From: an uncultured bacterium
Lineage (GTDB): Bacteria; CSSED10-310; CAZUFC01
NCBI GenBank assembly: GCA_964619725.1
Contig: CAZUFC010000009.1
Coordinates: 32,001-96,000, forward strand
Direction: 5' to 3'
DNA: 64,000 nucleotides
The notes under the pieces are model-generated. The model ran no database searches and was not told the origin of the DNA. It saw only the letters and a program-made list of their open reading frames with translations. Position numbers and translations under genes: made by a program. This document shows, piece by piece, positions 56,220 through 64,000 of this stretch; position 1 is the first letter of the stretch, and each line of letters begins with the position of its first letter.

Positions 56220-59129
56220 ATGTTCTCGATTTGGACGATTGATAAGCTGGCAGCATTAAAAAATGAAGAGGTTTTGATCGTCAGAGATTCACTTCGACTC
56301 CTGGTTATGGCTGACGGAGCTCTTCACAGGTTTGCAGCGGATAATGGATTCACAGTAATAGCAGCCTCAACCAATCTGGTATTCAGGGAACTCTACGAGA
56401 AAGCAGTAATCTCACAAGATACAAAGAAAATCCTTGTCATTGATAGAGCGCCGGTTCGAAGAAGAACTCGCGCTTCAATGATGAAAGCCCCGCCGCCGTT
56501 TTATCCCGATTTGCTATCCAGAACAGGACATGCGGCCAGGATAGACCTGAATCTGCGTCATTTTTTAACAGAAAAAACGGGGGACCCCGGATGGCCACAT
56601 GAGACCAACGATCCGCAATTCGCCAGGCTTATTTCCGATAACATAAAAGATGTTTTGAAGGCTCATTCAAGACTGCGCACAGTCGATCCCGCCCGTTTTA
56701 CTGATCGTGATTTCAGGACCATAATAGCATTCTCGGCATTAGGCGTACCTGAAGCAGCCTTTAAAAAACCTGAAGCGAAAGACTACTGGCGGATAGGACT
56801 GTTCGGGTATCCGGCGCTTGAGGAGCTTGATGCTCTTATCCCGGAAGTCGCCCAATCAGTTCGCAACGAATTGAGTAAAGCTTCTTCTCCGTTCAAGTGG
56901 TTTGCGGATTCACCTCCTGAATTGGTAATAAAAGCTTTTTATCTTGCTGCAATACTTTCTCAACACTTCGAGCACTGGAAGCTCCTGATACCTACTATTG
57001 ATCCGGCTCTGAAACGTTTCTGCGACATGGACGACAATCTTATCGATTCAGCCGCATGCGAACTTGCATCAATCGATCACAGCCGTGCTGAACACGATAT
57101 AAAGGAGGTCGAAGAATCGTTAACCAAAGAAGACATTAAATTTATTCTGCTGGAACAATTGAATATTTTTGACAAAGGCGGATTCGCTGAGATTATCGAA
57201 AACGAACGTTATTCAATTCTTTTACGCTCGCTGGCGTTGTCTGCAGCGCTTGAAAGCGTGCTTTCCCGTGCCCGTTTGCATGATTTCCACGAAAGAGTAG
57301 CGAATAAACTGTTTTCAGAACCTTCCGAAAATTTGTCATGTTTCGTAGAACAGCGTTCTTCGCAGGTGTGGGAAAATTTGAAGACTGCTTATAACCTGGC
57401 GATATCGATAATAGAATATCTGAAATATTTAGACAAAGCCGTCACCGAGATAAAAGTGAAAAAAAGGACCGACTTGACCTTGGATTGGTTTCGTGAAATA
57501 TGGAACGACAGACGCGTTAATCGTCTGGAATATTATCTGTCAGCTCTGGATAGGTTGGTTTTTAATGCGGACGTTCTTCCCCGTTCAAAAAAAAATCTGC
57601 CGAAAGAATTCTCCGCAGCCTGGGTTCGTATCAGAAATCATGTCGGGCGTATAGGCGATGACGTGAATAAGACGCTTACATTTTTGAATGAGAGATACCA
57701 GGAGATGATTAGGGAAAAATACAAGAGGTGGGTTGAGCAAGATACTTCTGAAGTATGGTTGACGAGTCGTTTTTTGAGTCGATGTCTAAAACCTCACTGG
57801 GACATAAAAAAAGAAAAAGCGGTTGTATTTGTGTTCGACGGCATGCGTTATGATATATGGGACGAACTTGTAAGACCTATATTCGAGGATCGAATGGAGC
57901 TCATAGCGGAATATCCCGCCGTATCTCTTCTCCCATCAGAAACCCTAATCAGCAGGAAATCAATTTTTGCAGGCACATTTCCTGACGAATTCAATACGCG
58001 AGAAGGCGAGGATTCTCTCCTGGCCGAAGCAATGAAAAGAGAATTCGGCTATAACGGGAAAGTCGATACGACATATCCTGAAAGCATGGGAACAGGTGAA
58101 ACCGTAAGGTATAGCGCGGGAAACATAGAATTTTTTATTTTCGATCTATGCGACAAGGAACTTCATAAAATACCGATGAAAAAAAAGAAAGATGGTCGAT
58201 ATGTTCCCGGTCGGCCGCTGGCTTTTATTTATCAGCAACATATCAAGGACATCATAGACAACGAGGTTATGGGAATTATTCGTGATTTAACGCCTGATAC
58301 TAAAGTGTTTATAACTGCCGATCACGGTTTCGGGCTTATCGGACGTGAATCTATCCGTATTAATCTCTCCTGGTTAAATGAGCCTGGCGATTGTCATTAC
58401 CTCAATGCCTGGCTTAGAAACTCGCTTAGAGATGCCGGCGCGCCGGGAAAGCTTCGTGATCGTGTGTTGGAGTTTCCAGTGGGTGATCTCAGGCTGCCTG
58501 ATTCCGGGGAAGGTTTCGATCGATCTCTAAGACGAAACTGGAAAAAGAAATTCGCAACCGTAGTTTTTCCTAAACCAGGTTATGCCCTGGCTCGCCCAAA
58601 AGCTAGATTCAAACCTGACGCATATTCGCACGGGGGTATTTCCATTCAGGAAATGATCGTACCCATGTTGGCCATGCGAGTAAAAGCTCCGGAAGAGAGT
58701 TATCTGATACTTGGTCATATTCAGGGTCCTGAGGAATTGATTGAGGGTGAGGCGGCTGAATTTAAAATGAGTGTTCGTCGCTCCAAATCCCTCAAGAAAA
58801 AAGAAATTAGAATTGAAGCGCAGGCTGCCTATCGGAACAGGGAGGAAATACCGTCACTGAATACTCAAATTCAATATATTTCTGTTGCCGGCGGTAATGT
58901 TGTGTTCCGGTTTATACCTGATGCCGGCGATGCAACCGAAGAAGAGCGAAAAAAGGGCATAATGGCTAGAACACTAAGAATAAGCATACTTTATCACGAG
59001 GAGAAACGCATGATCAGAAAAACACAGTCATTCAGATTCTCTGTATTGCTTAATTCTGAAAAAATAGTCCGTCGAGTGCCCGCACACCTGGGGAAAATAC
59101 TGGGTCTGACGCCCAAAAGCATGAGATAA
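56220..59129 (+). CDS. pglZ: PglZ-domain alkaline-phosphatase-superfamily protein
   Basis: VFDGMRYD, LPSETLISR, ITADHGF, YSHGGISIQEMIVP. Confidence 0.92.
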   Translation: MFSIWTIDKLAALKNEEVLIVRDSLRLLVMADGALHRFAADNGFTVIAASTNLVFRELYEKAVISQDTKKILVIDRAPVRRRTRASMMKAPPPFYPDLLSRTGHAARIDLNLRHFLTEKTGDPGWPHETNDPQFARLISDNIKDVLKAHSRLRTVDPARFTDRDFRTIIAFSALGVPEAAFKKPEAKDYWRIGLFGYPALEELDALIPEVAQSVRNELSKASSPFKWFADSPPELVIKAFYLAAILSQHFEHWKLLIPTIDPALKRFCDMDDNLIDSAACELASIDHSRAEHDIKEVEESLTKEDIKFILLEQLNIFDKGGFAEIIENERYSILLRSLALSAALESVLSRARLHDFHERVANKLFSEPSENLSCFVEQRSSQVWENLKTAYNLAISIIEYLKYLDKAVTEIKVKKRTDLTLDWFREIWNDRRVNRLEYYLSALDRLVFNADVLPRSKKNLPKEFSAAWVRIRNHVGRIGDDVNKTLTFLNERYQEMIREKYKRWVEQDTSEVWLTSRFLSRCLKPHWDIKKEKAVVFVFDGMRYDIWDELVRPIFEDRMELIAEYPAVSLLPSETLISRKSIFAGTFPDEFNTREGEDSLLAEAMKREFGYNGKVDTTYPESMGTGETVRYSAGNIEFFIFDLCDKELHKIPMKKKKDGRYVPGRPLAFIYQQHIKDIIDNEVMGIIRDLTPDTKVFITADHGFGLIGRESIRINLSWLNEPGDCHYLNAWLRNSLRDAGAPGKLRDRVLEFPVGDLRLPDSGEGFDRSLRRNWKKKFATVVFPKPGYALARPKARFKPDAYSHGGISIQEMIVPMLAMRVKAPEESYLILGHIQGPEELIEGEAAEFKMSVRRSKSLKKKEIRIEAQAAYRNREEIPSLNTQIQYISVAGGNVVFRFIPDAGDATEEERKKGIMARTLRISILYHEEKRMIRKTQSFRFSVLLNSEKIVRRVPAHLGKILGLTPKSMR

Positions 59130-59229
59130 TGACGGTCATACTTAAATTCCAATCAAATTTTTCTCTTTTGAAACCGATGCAATCCGACGTTTTTTTGCCC
59201 GGAATCAGCCTGCAGGAGGAGATATCAGG

Positions 59230-61284
59230 ATGAATCATAAACTGAAAGAGGTCTTCAGGGGTAAAGTCGTCAACAAGGCGCATACTATCAACACGGGGGT
59301 TGATGAGTTTCCCCGGTATGTCCTGGAATACCTGATCGACAACTACTGTTCCGAGGATACTTTTCATAAAGATATGGAAAAAGTCGTGAGAAGATTAAAG
59401 GAAACATTTGTGCATGGAGCGGAAGCTGAGAAAATCAGGCATTATATCAGAGAACACCGAAGCCATTCAGTAATAGCAAGTCTGGAAGCACGTCTGGTTG
59501 AAACGGAGGATAAATACTGGGGGTCCATTTCAGCGATAAACGAGAATTTCGTTAATATCCCTGAAAGCATTGTCCGTCAATATCCAATGCTGTTATCTGG
59601 CGGAATGTGGGGTACGATAGACGTTACCTATGATGAGACCGAGATACATAACAAAAAAATCAGACCTTTTAAAGTTGAAGGATTCACTCCTTTTCAGGTC
59701 AGCGTTATAAATGTGGATGAGTTCATTGAGCGACGACGTGAATTTTCAACGAACGAATGGATAGATATTTTAATTAATTCATGTGGTCTTGATCCATCAC
59801 GAATGAACCGAAGACAAAAATTGCTGTATCTTTGTCGATGCATCCCGCTTGTAGAAACAAACGTTAATATGGTGGAACTGGCGCCCCGGGAGACCGGCAA
59901 GACATATCTTTATAGAAATATATCATACTACGCTCACGTGCTTTCCGGCGGTAAAGCTACTCCAGCCCAATTATTCATAAACTTGAACACAGGCAGAATC
60001 GGCGAGGTAGGGGTTCGGGATGCCGTTGTTTTTGACGAAATTGCGAATACCGACTTTACCGATCCGAAGTCTTTCGTGAGTATAATGCAGGGATATATGC
60101 AAGATGCAAAATTCAGCAGAGGCAAAAAAGAGATACTCGCTTTCGCCAGCTTGGTCTTCGTAGGCAATCTTGATGTCCAAGGTGATTTACCTCATGAGAA
60201 GTATTATCATCTCTTCGAACCGCTGCCGGATTTCCTTCAGGTTATTGCATTTCTGGACCGAATACACGGCTACTTACCCGGATGGGAAATCCCGAAGTTA
60301 ACCCCTCAAAGTTATTCGAAAGATTATGGGTTCATAACGGATTACTTCTGCGAGATAATGCATGAACTGCGGCGGTTTGATTTGTTGGGAAACGTACGGT
60401 CAGGATTTGAAATCGTCGACCATGCCGGCAGAACTCAGGGAATTTCAGGACGAGATCAACGGGCTGTATTAAAAACGACTTCTGGTCTATTGAAGCTTCT
60501 TTTTCCCGATGGACATATTACAGATGATGAACTGCAAGAAATCCTCAGTTTATCCTGCGAATTGCGCCAACGAGTGAGAAACCAGCTTCATCTGATCGCT
60601 CCGGGTGAATATGACAACATCTCTCTGGGCGCACTCATGAAACCGGGTGATAAGAAAATTGTGCCGAAACTTCCCGACAGTCATCGCGTTCAGCGGATTA
60701 CGATTCCCGATAAACCTTCCATTGGAGAGGTTATAGGTTTGGCAGTCGAAGGAGATCATGGTTGTATTCTACATTTTGAGATGCAGGCAACACGAGGGAC
60801 CGGACGTATCGTGCCGCTTGGCTCGATACAAAGGGTCATGCGGGAAAGTATTGAAGCGGCGGCTCAGTACATCAGGGCGAAACACGAAGACCTGGGGATA
60901 ACGGCTGAATGGCGAAAGAGTTTTGACGTTGCCGTCCTGGCCACTTTTATGGGTGTTCCAAAAGAGGGACCTTCCGCAGGCATTACAATTGTTGCAGGAA
61001 TTGTGTCAGCATTAAAAAAAGTCCCGATTAGAAACGATCTCGCTATGACCGGAGAGATAACGATAATGGGCAAGGTCCTGCCTGTCGGAGGTATCCAACA
61101 AAAAGTCAGGGCAGCTTTTGATGCGGGAGTCAAAGAAGTTATTCTGCCTGCTGATAGCCTGAAAGAAGCAGAGGGATTGCCTTCCTATCTGCTTGACGAA
61201 TTAAAGCTGACTCCGGTCAATAACATTCAAATGGTATTAGAAAACTCGTTGCTGAATAACAATGTACCAAAAATAAAATCATAA
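59230..61284 (+). CDS. brxL: BrxL: MCM-like AAA+ domain and Lon protease domain
   Basis: [37 protein letters not shown]; Lon PKEGPSAG (Ser), AMTGEI..VGGIQQK (Lys). Confidence 0.92.
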   Translation: MNHKLKEVFRGKVVNKAHTINTGVDEFPRYVLEYLIDNYCSEDTFHKDMEKVVRRLKETFVHGAEAEKIRHYIREHRSHSVIASLEARLVETEDKYWGSISAINENFVNIPESIVRQYPMLLSGGMWGTIDVTYDETEIHNKKIRPFKVEGFTPFQVSVINVDEFIERRREFSTNEWIDILINSCGLDPSRMNRRQKLLYLCRCIPLVETNVNMVELAPRETGKTYLYRNISYYAHVLSGGKATPAQLFINLNTGRIGEVGVRDAVVFDEIANTDFTDPKSFVSIMQGYMQDAKFSRGKKEILAFASLVFVGNLDVQGDLPHEKYYHLFEPLPDFLQVIAFLDRIHGYLPGWEIPKLTPQSYSKDYGFITDYFCEIMHELRRFDLLGNVRSGFEIVDHAGRTQGISGRDQRAVLKTTSGLLKLLFPDGHITDDELQEILSLSCELRQRVRNQLHLIAPGEYDNISLGALMKPGDKKIVPKLPDSHRVQRITIPDKPSIGEVIGLAVEGDHGCILHFEMQATRGTGRIVPLGSIQRVMRESIEAAAQYIRAKHEDLGITAEWRKSFDVAVLATFMGVPKEGPSAGITIVAGIVSALKKVPIRNDLAMTGEITIMGKVLPVGGIQQKVRAAFDAGVKEVILPADSLKEAEGLPSYLLDELKLTPVNNIQMVLENSLLNNNVPKIKS

Positions 61285-61464
61285 AATAATACCCGATCAA
61301 AATGCAATTATAATTGGATAATTTACAACCTTGACGTGGGTGTCTGGCGATATGACGATCAATGTTCCGTTAAATAATCAGCTCATTCCAGCAATAACCC
61401 GCCGCCGCTTCATCAATCGATTTAGAAAATCAAAATCTTCAGGACATTTTCTTTAAAAGTATAT

Positions 61465-63000
61465 TCAATCCGAACAGAGCAACCCTGTTTTATTCTTTAA
61501 AGCCAATAAAACGCTAACAAGAAAAACAAGCAAAATTAAACCCGGGAGATGCACAGCGGGCACTGATGGTTCAGTAGGAACAACAGTGGGCGTCATCGTG
61601 GGTTCGGCGGTAAAGGTATTTGTCGGAACGACCGTGGACGTTTGAGTCGGCGTTTGTGTGTGGGTATTCGTGGGCGCTGTCGTCGGGGAATGTGTCGGCG
61701 TAGGCGAACAGGTAGGGACATACGTCGGGGTAGCTGATACTGGCGGCTGATAATGGAAACCCAGGTCTACCGCAGCGGCATCGCCGGCGCTGTCTGTTCT
61801 GACGGTTAAATCATCCATGCATACCGTTCCGTCCGCTCCCTTGCAGCATACATCCGCGGCAGTCATATCGCCGGCATCGATGCAGGGACTGTCAGTCGGC
61901 TGACCGGCCGCTGTATGACTAAGGTAATAATCTCCGTCAGGCCCCGAAACGAATAAAGGGTCCTCATCAATCATCCCGTCGTTCCAGTTGAGCGTGCATC
62001 CGCCGCACACTCCGACCTCGTTCATACCGCCTTGAACGTTGCTGTAGCTTATGGTCAGCGTTGAATTGACGTCCAGATCGATCTGCTGACCTTCCCATAC
62101 GGCCGTATTGCCCCAGAATATGCTGTTCTTTACCGTTATCGTCGACAAGTCGGTGACCAGGCCTCCGCCGCTGTAATCAGCCGTATTGGCGGCGAATGTG
62201 CAGCAGTTTATGGTCGTGGTCGTATAATCATCGAAATAAATGCCGCCTCCCCTGTAACCGGAATTTCCATAAAAAAGGCAATTGTCGATGACCGGCGATG
62301 AATGATAGACGCAGTAAATCCCGGAACCGTCATAATCGGTCCTGTTGCCTGATATGGAACAACAACTTATTTCAGGGCAGGAAAAGTCATCGCAGCATAT
62401 GCCGCCGCCGTCATATCCTGAATTGGAAGCTATACTGCACCCCGCAATGACGGGCGATGAATAATCGTCGCAATATATTCCGCCGCCGTAATCAAACGCC
62501 GTATTGACCGATATCGTGCAGCTTAGAATCATCGGCGATGAATACTCGGCACAGTATATTCCCCCGCCGTTTTCAGCCGCACTCCACTGGATCACGCAAT
62601 TCCTTATCGTGGGAGATGATTCCCAACAATGTATCGCACCGCCCGCATCATGATACCCATATCGCAGCGTGAATCCCTCCACCACCGCAGTCTCCTCCTC
62701 CGCATCGTCGAACAGAAACGCCCTGTGCCTGTCCGTCGACATCCCTTCACAGTCTATCACGCAATTGCCGGGTCCGTTCTCCGACATTACCGTCAATCCA
62801 ATGCCGTGGAAATCAAGATCACGGTTGCGCATGCCGGCGTAAGTCCCGTCTGAAACCAAAACCGTGTCGCCCGCTCCGGCATTGTCTATACCCGCCTGGA
62901 TCGTCGGCTGATCCCCGGGTACCTGAATCACCGAGCCCGACGCAATTGATGCAAAAAACGGCACAATGAACATCACTGCAATAATTTTATTCCTTGTCAT
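61465..63000 (-). CDS. Secreted right-handed beta-helix protein with Pro/Thr linker and C-terminal anchor
   Basis: Start MTRNK at 63000 after GGAG; IQVPGDQPTIQAGID; repeated N.A..GGGIYC...SSP; SPCIDAG; PT linker; tail VPAVHLPGLILLVFLVSVLLALKNK. Confidence 0.85.
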   Translation of the reverse strand: MTRNKIIAVMFIVPFFASIASGSVIQVPGDQPTIQAGIDNAGAGDTVLVSDGTYAGMRNRDLDFHGIGLTVMSENGPGNCVIDCEGMSTDRHRAFLFDDAEEETAVVEGFTLRYGYHDAGGAIHCWESSPTIRNCVIQWSAAENGGGIYCAEYSSPMILSCTISVNTAFDYGGGIYCDDYSSPVIAGCSIASNSGYDGGGICCDDFSCPEISCCSISGNRTDYDGSGIYCVYHSSPVIDNCLFYGNSGYRGGGIYFDDYTTTTINCCTFAANTADYSGGGLVTDLSTITVKNSIFWGNTAVWEGQQIDLDVNSTLTISYSNVQGGMNEVGVCGGCTLNWNDGMIDEDPLFVSGPDGDYYLSHTAAGQPTDSPCIDAGDMTAADVCCKGADGTVCMDDLTVRTDSAGDAAAVDLGFHYQPPVSATPTYVPTCSPTPTHSPTTAPTNTHTQTPTQTSTVVPTNTFTAEPTMTPTVVPTEPSVPAVHLPGLILLVFLVSVLLALKNKTGLLCSD

Positions 63001-63360
63001 GTCGACTCCCCTTCCTTCCCGACAACCGACAGCCAGGTTATTATACTGAATCTTTCCCTTAAAATATTCATCCCCGTCCTCAATCGTCCCCATGAGCCTC
63101 CAATATCCATTCTCATCATCGTCTCCAGGCAAAAAAAAACGTCTCAACGGGGACTTAATTCAGTGTAAATATTAAGAATGAAAAATCAACTTTAAATTTG
63201 AACAGAAAATTATAACCACTATTGTTGAGCCAAAGGATAGAATGAGGCTGATACTTTCAAAATGGAAAACATTTTTGAGGACGACGAATTGAACGACAGC
63301 ATTAAGCGGGGGATCGCTGATGCAGAAAATAGCCGTTTGACGACAGAAATCATCAGGGTT

Positions 63361-63999
63361 TCATTCCGCAGCCAGGTAATATCCTTTTCTCGCCCTGATC
63401 TTCACTTTTCTCCCCGGTATTTCCACTTTTATTCTGCGGAATTTTTCATCGCTCCTTCCCGGCCTTTCGGGATAATATGCGATGTAATACATACCTTTCA
63501 GGTCTTCTGACGCGCTGCTCATCATACTTCCCAGGTCATTGGAATCTTTTTGGAATGTTCCGCCTGACAGTTCGCTGAAAAAACGCAGGGGAGCCCGACG
63601 GAAGAACTGAAAAAGATTGAATTGGGAAATATCGCCCCACGGAGCGGTCAATCCCGTCACGTCGACCGTATATACGACCAGGCGACTGTGAGCTGCTATT
63701 TTTTCCCATTCTTCAAGCTGACCGGATGAATCGTGATTCATTCTTCCGTCCATATAGGAACCCGAAGAAATCAGAATGACGTTTTTCCGTCGCTCCACAG
63801 TTTGAGTCGCCAGGGCTATTCTTTGCAGACAATTAAGAATAACGGAGGAATGGCTGTGACCATGCAGTCCGTTAACGTTCATTTTCGCTAAAGGAGTTTT
63901 TTCCGGGTCTCCTTGCGTTACGGTTTGAGTATTTTCAGGCAGAAACGCTTTTTGTCCGACATTGAACATCAGGTCGAACGAGGCGATATAATCATCGAA
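63361..63999 (-). CDS. VWA-domain protein (VWFA-related), 5' part outside window
   Basis: RKNVILISSG, VYTVD..GL, LRFFSELSGG, YYIAYYP, FRRIKVE..KIRARKGYY; frame open to the window edge. Confidence 0.75.
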   Translation of the reverse strand, partial: FDDYIASFDLMFNVGQKAFLPENTQTVTQGDPEKTPLAKMNVNGLHGHSHSSVILNCLQRIALATQTVERRKNVILISSGSYMDGRMNHDSSGQLEEWEKIAAHSRLVVYTVDVTGLTAPWGDISQFNLFQFFRRAPLRFFSELSGGTFQKDSNDLGSMMSSASEDLKGMYYIAYYPERPGRSDEKFRRIKVEIPGRKVKIRARKGYYLAAE

Positions 64000-64000
64000 T

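Noticed and set aside
36100-61460. Integrative element or prophage carrying the defence island
   Set aside because: No integrase, tRNA, att-like direct repeats or phage genes were recognised.

Overview
A 64-kb bacterial chromosomal window, probably from an anaerobe; host taxon cannot be determined from sequence alone. Block 1 (1-6.7 kb): a secreted protein of more than 1560 aa built from five roughly 350-aa beta-helix-like repeats, running off the left edge and absent from the ORF track, plus a C69 dipeptidase. Block 2 (7.1-24.8 kb): a Mo/W-cofactor and formate dehydrogenase cluster (moeA, moaA, moaC, MOSC-MogA fusion, tupABC, fdhD, mobA, porin, small Tat peptide, Cys-type fdhAB, polyferredoxin, TorD-like chaperone). 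It ends with a short ModE-like regulator flanked by two ModE-type palindromes, one before a broken TonB-dependent receptor gene and one before a diheme cytochrome. Block 3 (25-36 kb): surface and glycosylation genes (beta-propeller with an IPTL-CTERM-like tail, GT4, Wzm/Wzt, DUF2298-NHL protein), a sulfotransferase-family gene and a CDF transporter, with several non-coding palindromic elements. Block 4 (36.8-61.3 kb): a co-oriented signalling and defence island. It holds two GAF histidine kinases, a receiver fused to an NDT/TIR-like domain and a Walker-A-degenerate ParA/MinD-TPR protein. These are followed by a non-canonical BREX-like operon (RadC-N/BrxA-like fusion, BrxB/F-like, PglXI-like methyltransferase with an AT-rich core, AAA ATPase + DUF4276 pair, BrxC, PglZ, BrxL). 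Block 5 (61.5-64 kb): another beta-helix surface protein and a partial VWA-domain gene. No rRNA, tRNA, CRISPR array, integrase or transposase was recognised. All family assignments come from motif recognition by eye, not database searches.
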